NCBI RefSeq assembly: GCF_009834535.1
Contig: NC_045696.1
Location: forward strand, 37,512,001-37,576,000
Reading direction: 5' to 3'
Source of the DNA: Camelus ferus
Lineage: Eukaryota
DNA length: 64,000 nt
Below, one piece after another: positions 51,046-63,870 of the stretch; positions within the stretch are counted from its first letter, which is position 1; every line of letters begins with the position of its first letter. Position numbers and translations under genes: made by a program. Below the pieces are notes generated by a model. The model made no database searches. It saw only the letters and a list, made by a program, of their open reading frames with translations, and was not told the origin of the DNA.

Positions 51046-53144
51046 GTGAAGGGACGCATAGATGCTTGTAATTTGGCCTGAACGGTGTGTAAAGCAATTT
51101 GCAGTCTTTATGAGGAATACACTACCCAGTCTGGCCATGACCTCACACCCCAAATCCCCCATGATTTACACTATGCCTAATTCACCCAATCTCAGGAGCA
51201 AGTCTTATTTAAAGTGATGCTTAAAGGATTGGTAGAATTTGCATGAGAGGGTTAGAAAGAGTGGGATTCCAAACGGAAACAGTTAGAAATAGTACATAGT
51301 TTTTCAGAGTGATAATTTGTTTATTGTCCCATCTGTGAGTTACCAAATATCTGTAACATTTTCTTTGTGTTCTGAGAACTATAATGTTTTGGAAAACATA
51401 AAAATGTACTTCATCATTTTCAAAATGTGCTTATAAAATTAATGTGTTGTTGCATATCAAGTTAAAATGCATTTATGAGAAAATGAATATTTAACTTTTT
51501 TCTAAGCATGACAAAAATTGTAGCACTGTGTTTTTATAGAATATACAAGTGCAGACATAAATATTTTTGTAAAGGACTACAGACTATGAAAATACCTTCA
51601 TTTTCTCTTGATCTTATAAATCGCTACAAAACAGAAGGAAATAAATTATTCCTTTCTTACTAGAGCTTTTTGCCTGTTCACAACAGATGTTGTTTCCACA
51701 AATTAGTCTATAATTTCTTTCATAACTCAGACAGAACAACCCTTCAATTTATAGTCAGGAAATAGATATAGTGCTGCATATAATTCTGGTAATTATGTAA
51801 CAAAATTGCACTTTGCTATATGAAAACCTCGGCCATCAATCATTCAGTTTAGTGTTGGGGCAACTTAATCTTCTGTTGTACCATCTGCGCAAGGCTCAGC
51901 CACAAACACAGCAGACTACCAAGGAATGAAATGTAAATGATCAGTGTGAAAGATAATAGCTGAACACCTAGCCACCTAGATGGATAGCCACCATCTAGAT
52001 ACATCGAGCTGGTCTGTACTGCATGCAATGAATGCAGACTTTTTTTCTGGGGAGAGACATACATAATCAATTTTCTACTTCATAGAATTCCAATATATTT
52101 GTCACCTAGTTTACAAACAATAATAACAACTTTGGTTTAAGTAAAATAAGTATTTCCTTTTCTAAACATAGTTTATAATATTTGAATTTGACACCATATG
52201 TGAGTCTTAGATTTGAGAAGAAGTTGTTTTAGATATCATAGTTCTGAATGAGAAAAATTTATAAACAGTAGGGGGAAGAAATTGGCATATTTAGTTCAGG
52301 AAATTTATAACTCTTAAATTAAAAGCCTAGGGTCACTTTCAAGGTTTTCAATTTATTCAATGTTATGTTCATTTTATATCGTATAGACATGTAATAGAAT
52401 TTCATTAATGATAAAGTGTTAGGTTGAATGTCCTAGAGAATCACTGCTCATCTTAATATTTTACACTGGTTAATAATTTATATTTTAACAGCATTTTCTA
52501 TTCATTATTTTTTGAAGCTTAAAATATTTTATAAAATAGCTGATGCAAGCTTACTGATCCCACTTCACAGGACATATTGAAATTCAAAGAAGGAGAATAA
52601 CTGCCCAAGTCCAACAGTATGTAGGTGAAAAAGGTCAAAATACAAGTCAATTCTACCATCTTGGCAACTTTAATTCAAGGCTTACACAAAAGTGGATATT
52701 CTTGTTATTTCTAATACATGTAAATGTAATATATTGGAAATACATGCCTTTTAAAGTGTTAAATAGTTTCTATGTATTCAGACATATAAAATATAACAAT
52801 TTACCTTGTGTTATAGCAGTCAGCCTGAGGAGAGCAGAGAGAAGTCAGTCTCCACGACAGGGTTCCTGGGACTGAGACAGCATAATCCCTGAGAGACCTG
52901 TGGCCAAAATCAACACATCTATGAACTTGAACAATTGAAGGTTCTATGTCCCCACCTTAATGGATCTGATTTACAGAAAATCAAGGATGAGAGTATACTT
53001 CCACATAGTGGGAAGCAGGGCTTTTAGATATGTCAATTATTGATTTTAGCTAGGTAAATGGCCACGACACATCTTTGGAATATGAAATCCTAAGAGGCCA
53101 AATGGATAAGATTAAATCAAAATCACTATCACATTAGACTTTAC

Positions 53145-53212
53145 GTAGGCAGGCAGGGACATGCCAGGAACCTGCAGGCAGGCAGGGACATGGCAGGACC
53201 TGCAGGCAGGCA
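53145..53212. repeat. GC-rich 28-29-bp minisatellite, about 2.4 copies
   Basis: g(c/t)aggcaggcagggacatg(c/g)cagga(a)cct at 53145 and 53174, partial copy at 53202. Confidence 0.9.
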
Positions 53213-53682
53213 TAATATCTCTACTCAGAAAGTGTAGATACAAGTTCAAGGGATGCAAAATCTATGTTTTGAATCTTGGTTGTGTTGGTAGTTTGTACTG
53301 AAGAAGAGATATGAAGCCAAGGTGCTGTACTCTGTCTGGTAACAGTGTGCACCTGTGTGCCTTTTCCTGTACTTGAACATATTTTTTCTTATATGGGTCA
53401 ATGTTGCTAGTATGAAAATAGCTCCCCAAGAAAGGCAGGGACTTTGCTGCATCAGATATTGTTCCTACCATAAGGAGGAAAACAGCACAGATACAACATT
53501 ATTAAAACACCTGGCTTTTAATCTTGGAGCGAAGAAAATCTAGTGCAAGTAACCAATATTGATATCACGAACATGCACAGCAACTGTGCTGCTAATACTA
53601 ATAGTGTCAGAGTACAGTGTGCAATGCAATGCCAAGGTAAATGCATCCTGTCCAACTAAAACCCTGCACATTTTCATACCTC

Positions 53683-54099
53683 TGTCAAAAATTTAGAAAA
53701 AGTAAACACTAAAGTATTTAGCATGAGATTATTGTACACAAAAGAACAGTTCTTGAATTGGGAGTTTTCAAATTCAAAACTGATATGAAGCTCGGAGTCA
53801 TGACTTCACAGGATGGTTTATAACATGAAAATGAGGAAGTTGTTTAACCTTTACAATGATTGGTTATTACAATGGAGGTTTCAAGATGATATGAGATTGG
53901 TTACAAGTAATTATCTTATACCATGCTTGGAAGATGACTTAAGTTTCTTTTATGATTATTAGGGGCATTTACAAGAGATAACCTAAGTTTCACTTAAATT
54001 CATAAAATAAGCTAGATTTAGTTTTTCTTAAGTGGCTTAAATGGTTTTGTCGGCTTGGAAGATTTTCAAGCCTGGTTTTCATTTTATTTTATTTTAACA
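53683..54099 (-). mobile_element. LTR37-family ERV1 solo LTR, full length with TSD
   Basis: TG...CA ends; reverse complement starts tgttaaaataaaataaaatgaaaaccaggcttgaaaatcttccaagccgacaaaacca; perfect 4-bp TSD cctc at 53679-53682 and 54100-54103. Confidence 0.85.
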
Positions 54100-56561
54100 C
54101 CTCTTATCCAGACAAATGACTGCAAGGGAAGCCACTTCAGATCTTGCCTACAATTTGGGTCTCAGTTTTAAAGTTCACCGTTCATGGATACTACATCTCA
54201 ATCATAAAAATATACGATAAAACTTTTGATTTGAAAATTAGAGGAACATACAGAGATATGAGCACGAGAGAAGCCTGTATCTTGCAACCGAGGGTTGAAG
54301 AGATACACTTATTGAAACAGGCATCATAATTTTAGCAAAGGTTATAAATCTCCAACTGAGTAATATCTGCAATTGTGGTACAGATGCCTGTGTAGTAACA
54401 GGCCACGGACAAGCACCACTGGGGCAAGTTGAAAAGGGGAAGTTGTGAATTGCTCTGAGACCTCTAAAGGAGGCAAAGTTTTAACTTGAGTATTTAGATA
54501 TTAAATCTTCAGTTACAGCAACTGGATAGTGTTACAGGCAACTGCCCAGTGTTTTCTGCCAATGATTTCCTATAGGAAGTGTATGTTGTCAGGATATCCT
54601 GCTGCATGCCTAGTATTAGAAATTACTGATAAAGATAATCTGAGGCTTCATTGAACAAGATGCTAATGACCAAGTAATTGTTCTACAGTATTATAATTAA
54701 GTATGATGAGCCCTGATAAATGCCACTTATTAGTCCATCATGGCATTTAATTGATCTAATACTGCACAGTGTTTGAAAAGATTGAAAATAGGAGACAGTG
54801 AAGGGCAAACAGGTGGAATCATGCCTTATGTTTAAAAATGTACTTTAATAGGAAAACCATAACATTCTCATCAAACAAATTAAATAGACAATGAATACTT
54901 TAAAGTCACACACACGATTATTCTTTGGAGGAGCAGACATATCACCTTACTGCTGTGAAAAAAGGACACTTTTGCTACTGGACTCATTCAATGGCACAGA
55001 TAAAGTTCTGTGTTCACTTTTATGTGTGCCATAGTTTTTGAGAGAATTTGATTAATCTTTAAAATTAAAGGAACTAGCATGTTGTAAGGACATGAAGTTA
55101 GAGCCTATAAAAAAGTTGAAAAAATGGGGATTATTTTAAAATTCGGAAAATGAATCTTGAAGGATGCTATCTTCAGATAATTGATCTGTTGGCATGTAGA
55201 ACTGAATTGAAACTTGTTTTGTGTTGCTCTGCATGTCCCTTGTTTAAATTTTGGTGCTCCTATGATTACATTATTTAGCCTGAGCTGTATCATAGTTATG
55301 CTGAAGTTCATGTATGTGGATGTTTTTATTTCTTCTCCACAGCCAGTTCCCATTTCAATAATGTACAGAAACCTCATTTCTCCTTGATGTATCATGGAAA
55401 GTCAGTACAGTTCGGTGACATGAGAAGTCTTATTCCAAAACACAAGATTGATAACTGGGGACTGTCTTAACCATGAGCAAACAGTGAAAACATTACCTAT
55501 ACAGCTTTCCAGATATTATCTGCCTGGGTTGTCTGTTTCTATACCTCACTCAGTTTTGGAAAATAATTATTCAATTTTGTCCTGTGTCTCCAAATATAAA
55601 GTGTTAGAGAAGTTTACTGTTTGCAAGAAGATTACTCAAGAATATCTCTAGCAATAGTCCTATATTTATGTTAATCAACTTCTGTGTCATAGCTCTAACA
55701 CATTCCAGCCTGTCATCTACTGCTATGTCATCAAGTTGGGTTGATGAATCTCCAGATATTCTACGTGTTTATTTTGATTTAATTTTATTGGTCCTTCACC
55801 GGTTTTCTTTTCGTTACTGTTCTCACTTTTATACCTCCACAACTATAGTTACTACTTCTATTTCCAATGTCACTCCATAGTTCCTTTCAAATTGAAAAAT
55901 CCTTTGCATATTTTCCGTTAGAAAATACAAATTGATCATTTTCATCAATGTTGATGACTTGAGTTTTTTAAAGCACAAGTTTCAATGCTAACTCTATTTC
56001 CTAAAATAATTATTTCTTATTACAAATCTCTGGTTGTCAAGAATATGAGCTTCATTAAGAAATCAGAACAAAGTCTGAAAAAGTAAGATGCTGAAAATAA
56101 AGATAAGTGTTGTGACATTTCTTTTCTAGTTCATTTTTGAATTTTCAATATGATCTCTTTAATTAAAATATTCAGTAGTACTGTCATAGGCAATTTTATG
56201 ATTTGGAAAGGAAAAAAACAGTTTTTTGTTGTTGTTTTAAAACTGAAGGAGGTTTACAAACCAGATATAATGTTAATGCTTCAAATTTTGTTTAGCATTT
56301 AAGGTTTTCTTTAATGAGCTAAAACAAAGGATAGGATTGCTAAATCAGACTCATATAAATGAGTATCAAGTGTTACTAATAAATTCAAGAATATAAGAAA
56401 TCAAGAGGTGTAGGCAAAGTAGAGGGATGTCAGGTTTTCTGAGTGTGACCCCCCCAGGTTTTCTTTTCCACCTTAACAGTACTTTGTAGCCAAGTATAAT
56501 AGAAGAGTTTTCAAAGACAAGTGTGCAAGTCACTTCATCCAACGAGAAGAATTCTAGGATA

Positions 56562-56613
56562 TGACATATCTCCACTTTATGTTCAAGTGTTTGACATATC
56601 TTCACTTTATGTT
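56562..56613. repeat. 30-bp-period tandem duplication
   Basis: tgacatatct(c/t)cactttatgtt at 56562 and 56592 (21/22 identical). Confidence 0.88.
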
Positions 56614-59600
56614 TAGTTTCACATGCTATATAGCATTTTCCAGAATTCCATAGATTCTAATTTTGTTTCATTTTTACCAAAAACAGTTGTAAACTAGAAG
56701 CACTTCACAGTCAAAGAATTTCCTTCTAATAAACATCATTGGTCTGTATATAAGACCATTATCATTGTGCTTACAAGGCATTTAAATCTCATTATCTACC
56801 TTGTTTCATTCCCAGTGTGTCACTGATAATGGAAGAGAAATGGATACCAGTCTAGTTAATTAACTCCTCTCTTTCATCTACAATATTTAACTTGATTCTG
56901 AAAACCGTTAAGTGTACTGCACAGGCAGATAACATTATCAATTTGATAACCCCAGATCACTCCCTTCATTTTGGTAGATCTCAGACAATAACCAAGCTGC
57001 CAGAAGCAAGGCTTTTTCTTTTCATTTTTTTTCTCAATTTTGTCTAAAAATTTCTCAATATTACCTCCAACAAGTGGGTTTTAAGGACAACTAACTCACA
57101 ACTTTCATTGTATGACTTTATGACTGCTAGTAATTTCTTATAAAAATATAATTTATAAACTTTTCAGAAAAAAATCGTATTGTTAGATTCCTATTGCAAA
57201 GGTAGAGTTCTCAATTACTAGAATTGGGAAAAATATAGGTAAATTCTTAGGTTTATAAAATCTACTTACAAAAATAAAAGATGAAAATAATTAGAAGAAT
57301 CAACCTTCAAAGCAGGAGGATTCTTACCTCACGTATGTGTTTAAAATATGTAACTCCCATAAGGGTCTTTTAAACTAGTCTATTTAACACACAGTAGGTA
57401 TTCAATGAATATCTGATGCCTAACTGACTAATTGCATAAAAATAAAAATATGAAAAGCAAAGCACGATGAAGGCATTTTGTTATTTGCAATAATTGGAAA
57501 ATGAGCTTATTTTCAATGTAATGGTGCATAAGACTTTGAAAGTCACAAAAATGTATGCTGGATAATACCTACAAATCCTAAAATGCATGTGGTCTCAGAC
57601 TGGTATTAAGTCCATGGAACACACTATTCAAAGAGTTAGGAAATTATTCAATTCTTACCTTTCTCTAAGAACACTAAAAGATTTCTAGCTTATACAGTAG
57701 AGTAACACTTAAAATACCTTTCTTAATGCACCAATTTCTTTGCAACTATTCTTAAGCAAAATTTCAATTTTTGTCCCAAGATTTAGCCATGAATAATTTC
57801 ATTTTTTTTCCCACTTGTTTCCCCCTTTTCTTGCAGTGAAGACTTGATCTCTTAATTTAGGAAGCAAGAATCCTTATTCTTGAGAAGATGGGACATGGGG
57901 AGAAATCTACTGGACAAACAGAAGATGCTACTTAGCTGATAGAGGGACTGGGAAAGACAATTATGCTAAAAATACACTATCCTAACATTTTTGGTTCTCT
58001 CTCACTTGAAATATGCAGTGTCCAAAAATCAATCACAAAAATAGAAGTGAGAAAAATCTAGATTTGTCAAATAATTAGATTATTTAATGTAAAATCTTGA
58101 TTCTTTTTAAAAAGATAGTTAAAAAAACATTCGAAGTATTAATTTCAACTTGAAACATTAATCTAATAAGTATTTTATTATCTTATTGAAACTAAAATGA
58201 GCTTTAGTTATTTATTTTATATAAAAAGGTTAATCCTGTGTTATTAATATATTTATGTGAAATAAAATTTTAACAACTTGAGCATGATCTGAAGTGCAAT
58301 TCTGTTCTTTGTTGGATATATTTTTTTAAATGTAGTGTTCCTATCAAAGAAAGAAAAACAATTTCAGATTTAAGCAACTTACATTGCTGCAAATTTTATT
58401 TATCAAACAATGAAAACCTACATTAGTAAAAATAAAATTATGCTTAATTTTAGGAGTGAAACAAAATTTTATAATCATCAAAATTCTAGAAATTTTCTAT
58501 AAACATTATGACAGTAATATTATGTGTAAGGAATGTGGTGAATACTTCCAACTGATTATCTTTAAAATATTTTATGAAAAATAAGCATAAAAATGTATAT
58601 TATTCTCTGCCATACACAGAGGTGATACAGCCTGCAGAAAGTTCTTACTAGTATTTATATACTTTTCTAAACCAGTAGCAGTGGGATAATGATGAATTAT
58701 TTATCATCTCTATGTGTATATGGCCCTCAATAAGATGTTTACATGTGCATAATAGCACATAAAATGTTTCAATTAATTTGTGGAAATGCTCTGTAGAATA
58801 TACTGATTTACCTTATGAAATCCCTTCTTAGATACCTCAGCTTTACAGAGTAAGTCCATATACTGTGTAAGTTGGGAAATAGCAAAATTTAAATTTTAAT
58901 TGGATTTTATAGTAACAATTAATTTGACATAGCATCATTCAATTTTTCTGCCTCTCATTTTCATCTATTGTTAAAAGAATAATATAGATGAAATTGTAAC
59001 TAATATTCCTTCCAGGACCACAGTGCTATATATTTGCTTTACTTTGCTTTGTTTAATCAAAAGCTTTGAATTCCAAAGCTTTTGTCATTTGATTAGTTAT
59101 TATTTACAGTCAATAAACACCTGGGAATATTTGGCAGTTGAAACTTCCTAGTGGAACTCAATAAATATTATTAGCCAGATAAAAGCTTTTTGTCATTAAT
59201 ATTAAAGATGACTAAATATTGTTTTGTCTGTTTAAAAAGACACTTGATTAATATACACTTGTTCCTTTTGTCTATATATTTTCTTAAAAGCTACTGTAGT
59301 GCCTTTGCTTCCAGGCATGTTCTGTTCTAGGTTTACACTGCTTTTGTAGAAACACCTCTCGCGTAAGTGTGAAAACACTGACTCAGAATGAGTGTATTCT
59401 CACCTATGCATTGGGTATATTACCATTGGTAAAACAGTTGAGTTTTTAAATACCAAATTCAAAAGAAAATTTTAGAATGCTTTGAGTAAGCACAATTCCT
59501 CTAGAAAGAGAGCATGCTAAAAACAAGCACACAAAATTCTTAAACATACTTCTAGGATAGTCTTACCTCTAGAGTGCTTAATGTAAGTATACACTAAATA

Positions 59601-60192
59601 AAAGCCATTAACCGACTTTTTAAAAAGTCTGAAGTATACATATCTTCATTGTCTTTTCAGCCTACAGCTGTTCTAATGAGAAATAGTCTAATTCTATAAG
59701 GGTCATAAATAGGTATCTACTAAAACTAAAATCTGAAACATACATTTCTCATTTCCTTGTTACTGTATCAAAATTGCTTTTTTAATTATTTTACTTACTA
59801 AGTAGAAAGTTAATCCAAAAGAATGTGGTGGGAAATATTTAAATAATACTTCATTTTAAAAAGGCAACAATTGTTCTTTTATGAGAATGCCATTGACAAA
59901 CTGAAATGTAAATTTTATTTCCAAATAGAAATGATTGATTCTTCAAGAAGACTCTTTTACAACATGAAGTAAGAGCAGTATGAAAAATTGAGCCCTTTGT
60001 CTCTACCATTTCCTAATTGTATCATATACATGTCCTATTAAATACAAATTATTCTGAATTATTTGCTGTGCTCTTGATGAAGTATAATTATTTATTGCCC
60101 CATTTAACATGAGGGTCCTTCTACATAAAGAGGGCATCTTCGGAAGCCTCACTTTGTGTGTTTAGGTGTATGTGTCATGTCTGTGTGCTTGT

Positions 60193-60218
60193 TGTGTGTG
60201 TGTGTGTGTGTGTGTGTG
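60193..60218. repeat. (TG)13 microsatellite
   Basis: direct count. Confidence 0.95.
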
Positions 60219-61429
60219 TCTGTGTCAAGGATGTTAGAGAAATCTAAGAAAAACTGTAGATAAATTGTGTATAATCTTTATTTCTGTTGTTCTTGTTTTT
60301 TAAAAAATCTACTATCTTTTAAGAGGCTGTGGTCTAAAGAAGTAAGTATGCAATTTTTCTGGGCATCACTTTATTTTTCAAAGAATAGTAAAGCAAACTT
60401 AAATATCAAATTATTTACAAGGTTTTATAAAAATAATACCCATCAAAGAAGTTTAGTTTATACTGTTAGCAGTTGAGAAACAATTTGATTACTCTTTGAA
60501 TAGACTTGTATGGCAATTTTCAGAAGAAATATCTCCCTAAAAATAAAGTGAATTATCACTAAAATAATTTAATTATTTCAACCTTAAACTCCCAGTTTCA
60601 AAAGCAATGAAAATGTTACTGGAAACATAAAGGGATGAAACATATTGTCAACATAATGAAAAGAAACTTAAGAGATAGTCTTGTTTAGTGTCCCATTCTG
60701 TACTAAAAATATGTTGCATTTCATAGAGTTTTACTTTTTCTGGTTGTATCCACTATTTAACAGCAATGCATTTTTGTTTTGGCAGCAATTCCCTTGACTG
60801 CTGCATATTACTTGTATTTAAAAAAAGAAAAGAAAAGGCCAAAATTAAAACTGCCAAGTGTTGAGAAGTTGCAGGTGCACTATTCATCAAGAGAGGAGAA
60901 AATATTTGAAGTACTTATTAGTAGTCTGAGCTTACCATTCCTCAGTTTTTTTTTCCTAGTCCTTAGCGGTCCTTTGCAGTTTAAACAAAATATCGTCATA
61001 AATAAGAAAGGCTGCTATCCTCATGAAATCCTAAAACAACAAAGGAAAGTGATTTTTCAGAAAGATTAATCTGGTAATATGATTAGTTCATAGATGCATA
61101 TTTTATACACGTTAAACAGAAAACAAATTGCTGGGTCCAATCATTTTCTAAGATAGTTTCCTCAGTGGTCAGCATTTTTAGTTATTCTGTGGTGACAAAC
61201 GAACTAAATATTATTTCTCAATAGTGAGATGACTGCTGCTCACTGTTCCACAATGTTTTCCATTCCATCTCCCAAGGTGGAGAAGCAGGTACCATTGAGG
61301 ACATTCTGTTCTTGTATCAGAAGGAAAAGAAAAAGAAAAAGCATTGGTGGAAAAAAAGAGATGACAAAGTTTAACCTCAAATATATACCCTTGTTTCTGC
61401 TCCCATTCCATTGACCAAATAAGTGGAAA

Positions 61430-61966
61430 AACAAGATCAACCCACATGCCCTCTTCCATATCTGAGGGTCCCATTCTTTCCAAATTAGAGCCCTTCCGTT
61501 GGCATACAGACATACAATTTGACAACCCTGCTTCTTCCGTAGTCTGTTACTCTTATTCCTAGACCTGATTCATGCTTTTTCTGCTTTGTAGCTGCCCAAG
61601 ATGAGAGCCTCTTTATATTTTGCCAAAGGGGTGCTTTGGAATTCATACTTCACTGCAAATTGGTAATTAATCATTCTCATTTGTTGTCTATCTCCAAAGC
61701 CTTGACTATAGCCAACATAGCCATCCAATCCCACAGCTATTTTAATTACTATTTTACCTATCTTTCCCAAGTACCTGAAATATTTTACCAGTAAGTACAT
61801 CCCCTTTACACTGGGAAACCATCACAGTGGACAGTTGTCATATTCCAGATTACGATCTCAGTGGAAGTTTAAACAGTTACACTGTGAGTACATCCCAAGG
61901 GATATCTGCACTCTACCTACAACCAGTAGTGGGATCCTTATTGTCAACCAGCATGATTGATCCAGA
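61430..61966 (-). mobile_element. ERVL internal remnant (ERV3-16A3-like), decayed gag N-terminus
   Basis: ORF 61570-61800 MRMINYQFAVKYEFQSTPLAKYKEALILGSYKAEKA resembles the ERVL gag coiled coil; DNA is collinear with 8657-9200 (ctggatca..aagga(c/t)ccca..tgggttgatc). Confidence 0.8.
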
Positions 61967-62119
61967 TATATATGTTATTGAAATATTTTATCTTATTTAA
62001 TGCATTGCGCTTTCATTCTTTAATGGTGTCTTGTGCTAAACAGAAGCCTAATTAATGTCAATATGGCCCAAATTATAATGGCTCCAAAAATCCCTTTAAC
62101 CTGCTAGTATTTTCATATT

Positions 62120-62266
62120 ACTTCTCAACTTGGATTCCCCTATTTATTATATTTACTCTCTGCCTCACTAGAATGTAAATTTGATAGGCAGAGATTGTTA
62201 TTCATTTGGATCATTGCTGTCTTTCAGGCACAGAATAGGTCCACTCCACATTATTGAATGGAAGGA
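62120..62266 (+). mobile_element. L2 3' end
   Basis: cactagaatgtaaatttgataggcagagattgtt..tcattgctgt..gcacagaatagg..ttattgaatggaagga. Confidence 0.7.
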
Positions 62267-63319
62267 TTATAGAGGAAAGTGGCAATTGCCAGAAGAAAAA
62301 AAAAATGATATATACACTCTGTCCACGTTCTTTGGTGATTTGGTTGGTTTTATCATTAAAACTCCAGTTACAAAATATTTTTTTCTTTTCTATTTATGAT
62401 AAACACAGCCCCAGAGAGATCAGAAAATAATAGCCATATAAACACTTGTATTAAAGAAGCCATTGATTGTTGCCTGTCTACGGTTACCAGCTATCATTGA
62501 CTTAATATGGGATGATACCCAAAACTGTTATTCAAAGTCAAGGATCAGAGGTACTTGAAAGCAAAAGTGGTGTACTAGAAAATAATTTATGGCAATGCTT
62601 TGGTTAAGGGGTTTCAACTTACGTAGAAAGTGTATCTGTGTCTTTGGATTATTTTGATTTTTAAGTCTTTGCTTCAGAATATATGCTTACATGAATTTGA
62701 TATGAAGATTTAAATCATGCTTAATCTATCCTCTTACATTAATCCTGAGATATTTTCTAGAAAAAAGTACATAAGGTATTCAGAAAGAAAAAAGGTGGTG
62801 ACTTAACATGTAACTATCTTTGAATCATCTCTGCCACAGATTATTGGTGACACTATCTTGCTTACATAAACTAAGCCGCTCAGATGTCTCCAGATACTCC
62901 AGACATTTTGAAGGACTCCTTCATATCAAGACAATAAAATTTGATTATTTACCCCACAAAAAATGGAAATCCAGCCTTGCTTCCAATCTCTAGGGATCTC
63001 AGAGGCTTAATTATAGTTATCCTAATTATCCTTTGTTTTGATATACTTTCCCTGAATTCTTCCTCTTGCCTGTCTTGCCTACTGAAGCTGGAACAAGTAT
63101 TTTTAAATATGTAAGTTAGCCAACAAATATGGAACAACCAGTGAACCAGCCCCTCTGGATTTCCATAGAACACTACTAAATGTCAGAAGTATTTCTGCAG
63201 CAAAATTTGAATGGAGGGAGGTTTATGTTAGTGGAGGAATTGTACAGAAGCACAGAACAGTAAGCCACTAACACATCATGCATCTGTTCTTAGAAGTGTG
63301 TTGCTAATCCTTCGCTCCT

Positions 63320-63870
63320 ACACCTCAGACACTACAAATTAACTTGCTCTTTAGGCAAAGGGCTTGTAGATCTTGCTACTTAGCCTTTTCAGACCTCTCT
63401 TCCTCCCTCCACCTTCTCTCCATAAAGATGCAGGCCTTTACTCTTTCTCTCTTGGGTTTCTTCCCTGAAATTCAGAACTCTATTCATTTCATGAGGACCA
63501 CTGATTTGCTACCCTGTATCCAACTCAATGTCCATATTTCCTTATCTGAAAACAAATTAAGGCACCAGAGTCATGATAAGGTCAACTATGTCAGTCCTTA
63601 AATCATTTAACAGTGTGAAAGAACTAGCAGAGGCTTTAAAATTTCAATCATTTCTTGATATGAGCAAATATTTGCCTCAGATTCCCCTCCCTGTATTCTT
63701 CACTTTAGAGAAACTTCCATTCACAATCACCCACCTATCTAGCATAACTAGCTATACTTTTTATAGTTGTTTTAAATATCAATTTGTGGGGTTTTTTTTT
63801 TCTAGCTACATTTATACAACCTGTGATAACATCTCTGCATAGTATCAGCTTCAAGAAACACTTGAATGAA
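63320..63870 (+). mobile_element. degraded L2 fragments
   Basis: pyrimidine-rich L2-like body ending cttcaagaaacacttgaatgaa. Confidence 0.45.

Noticed and set aside
53145..53212. CRISPR-like array
   Set aside because: Units are directly adjacent without unique spacers, in mammalian DNA with no cas genes
59614..59629. Perfect 16-bp palindrome gactttttaaaaagtc
   Set aside because: 8-bp AT-rich arms are expected by chance in a window of this size
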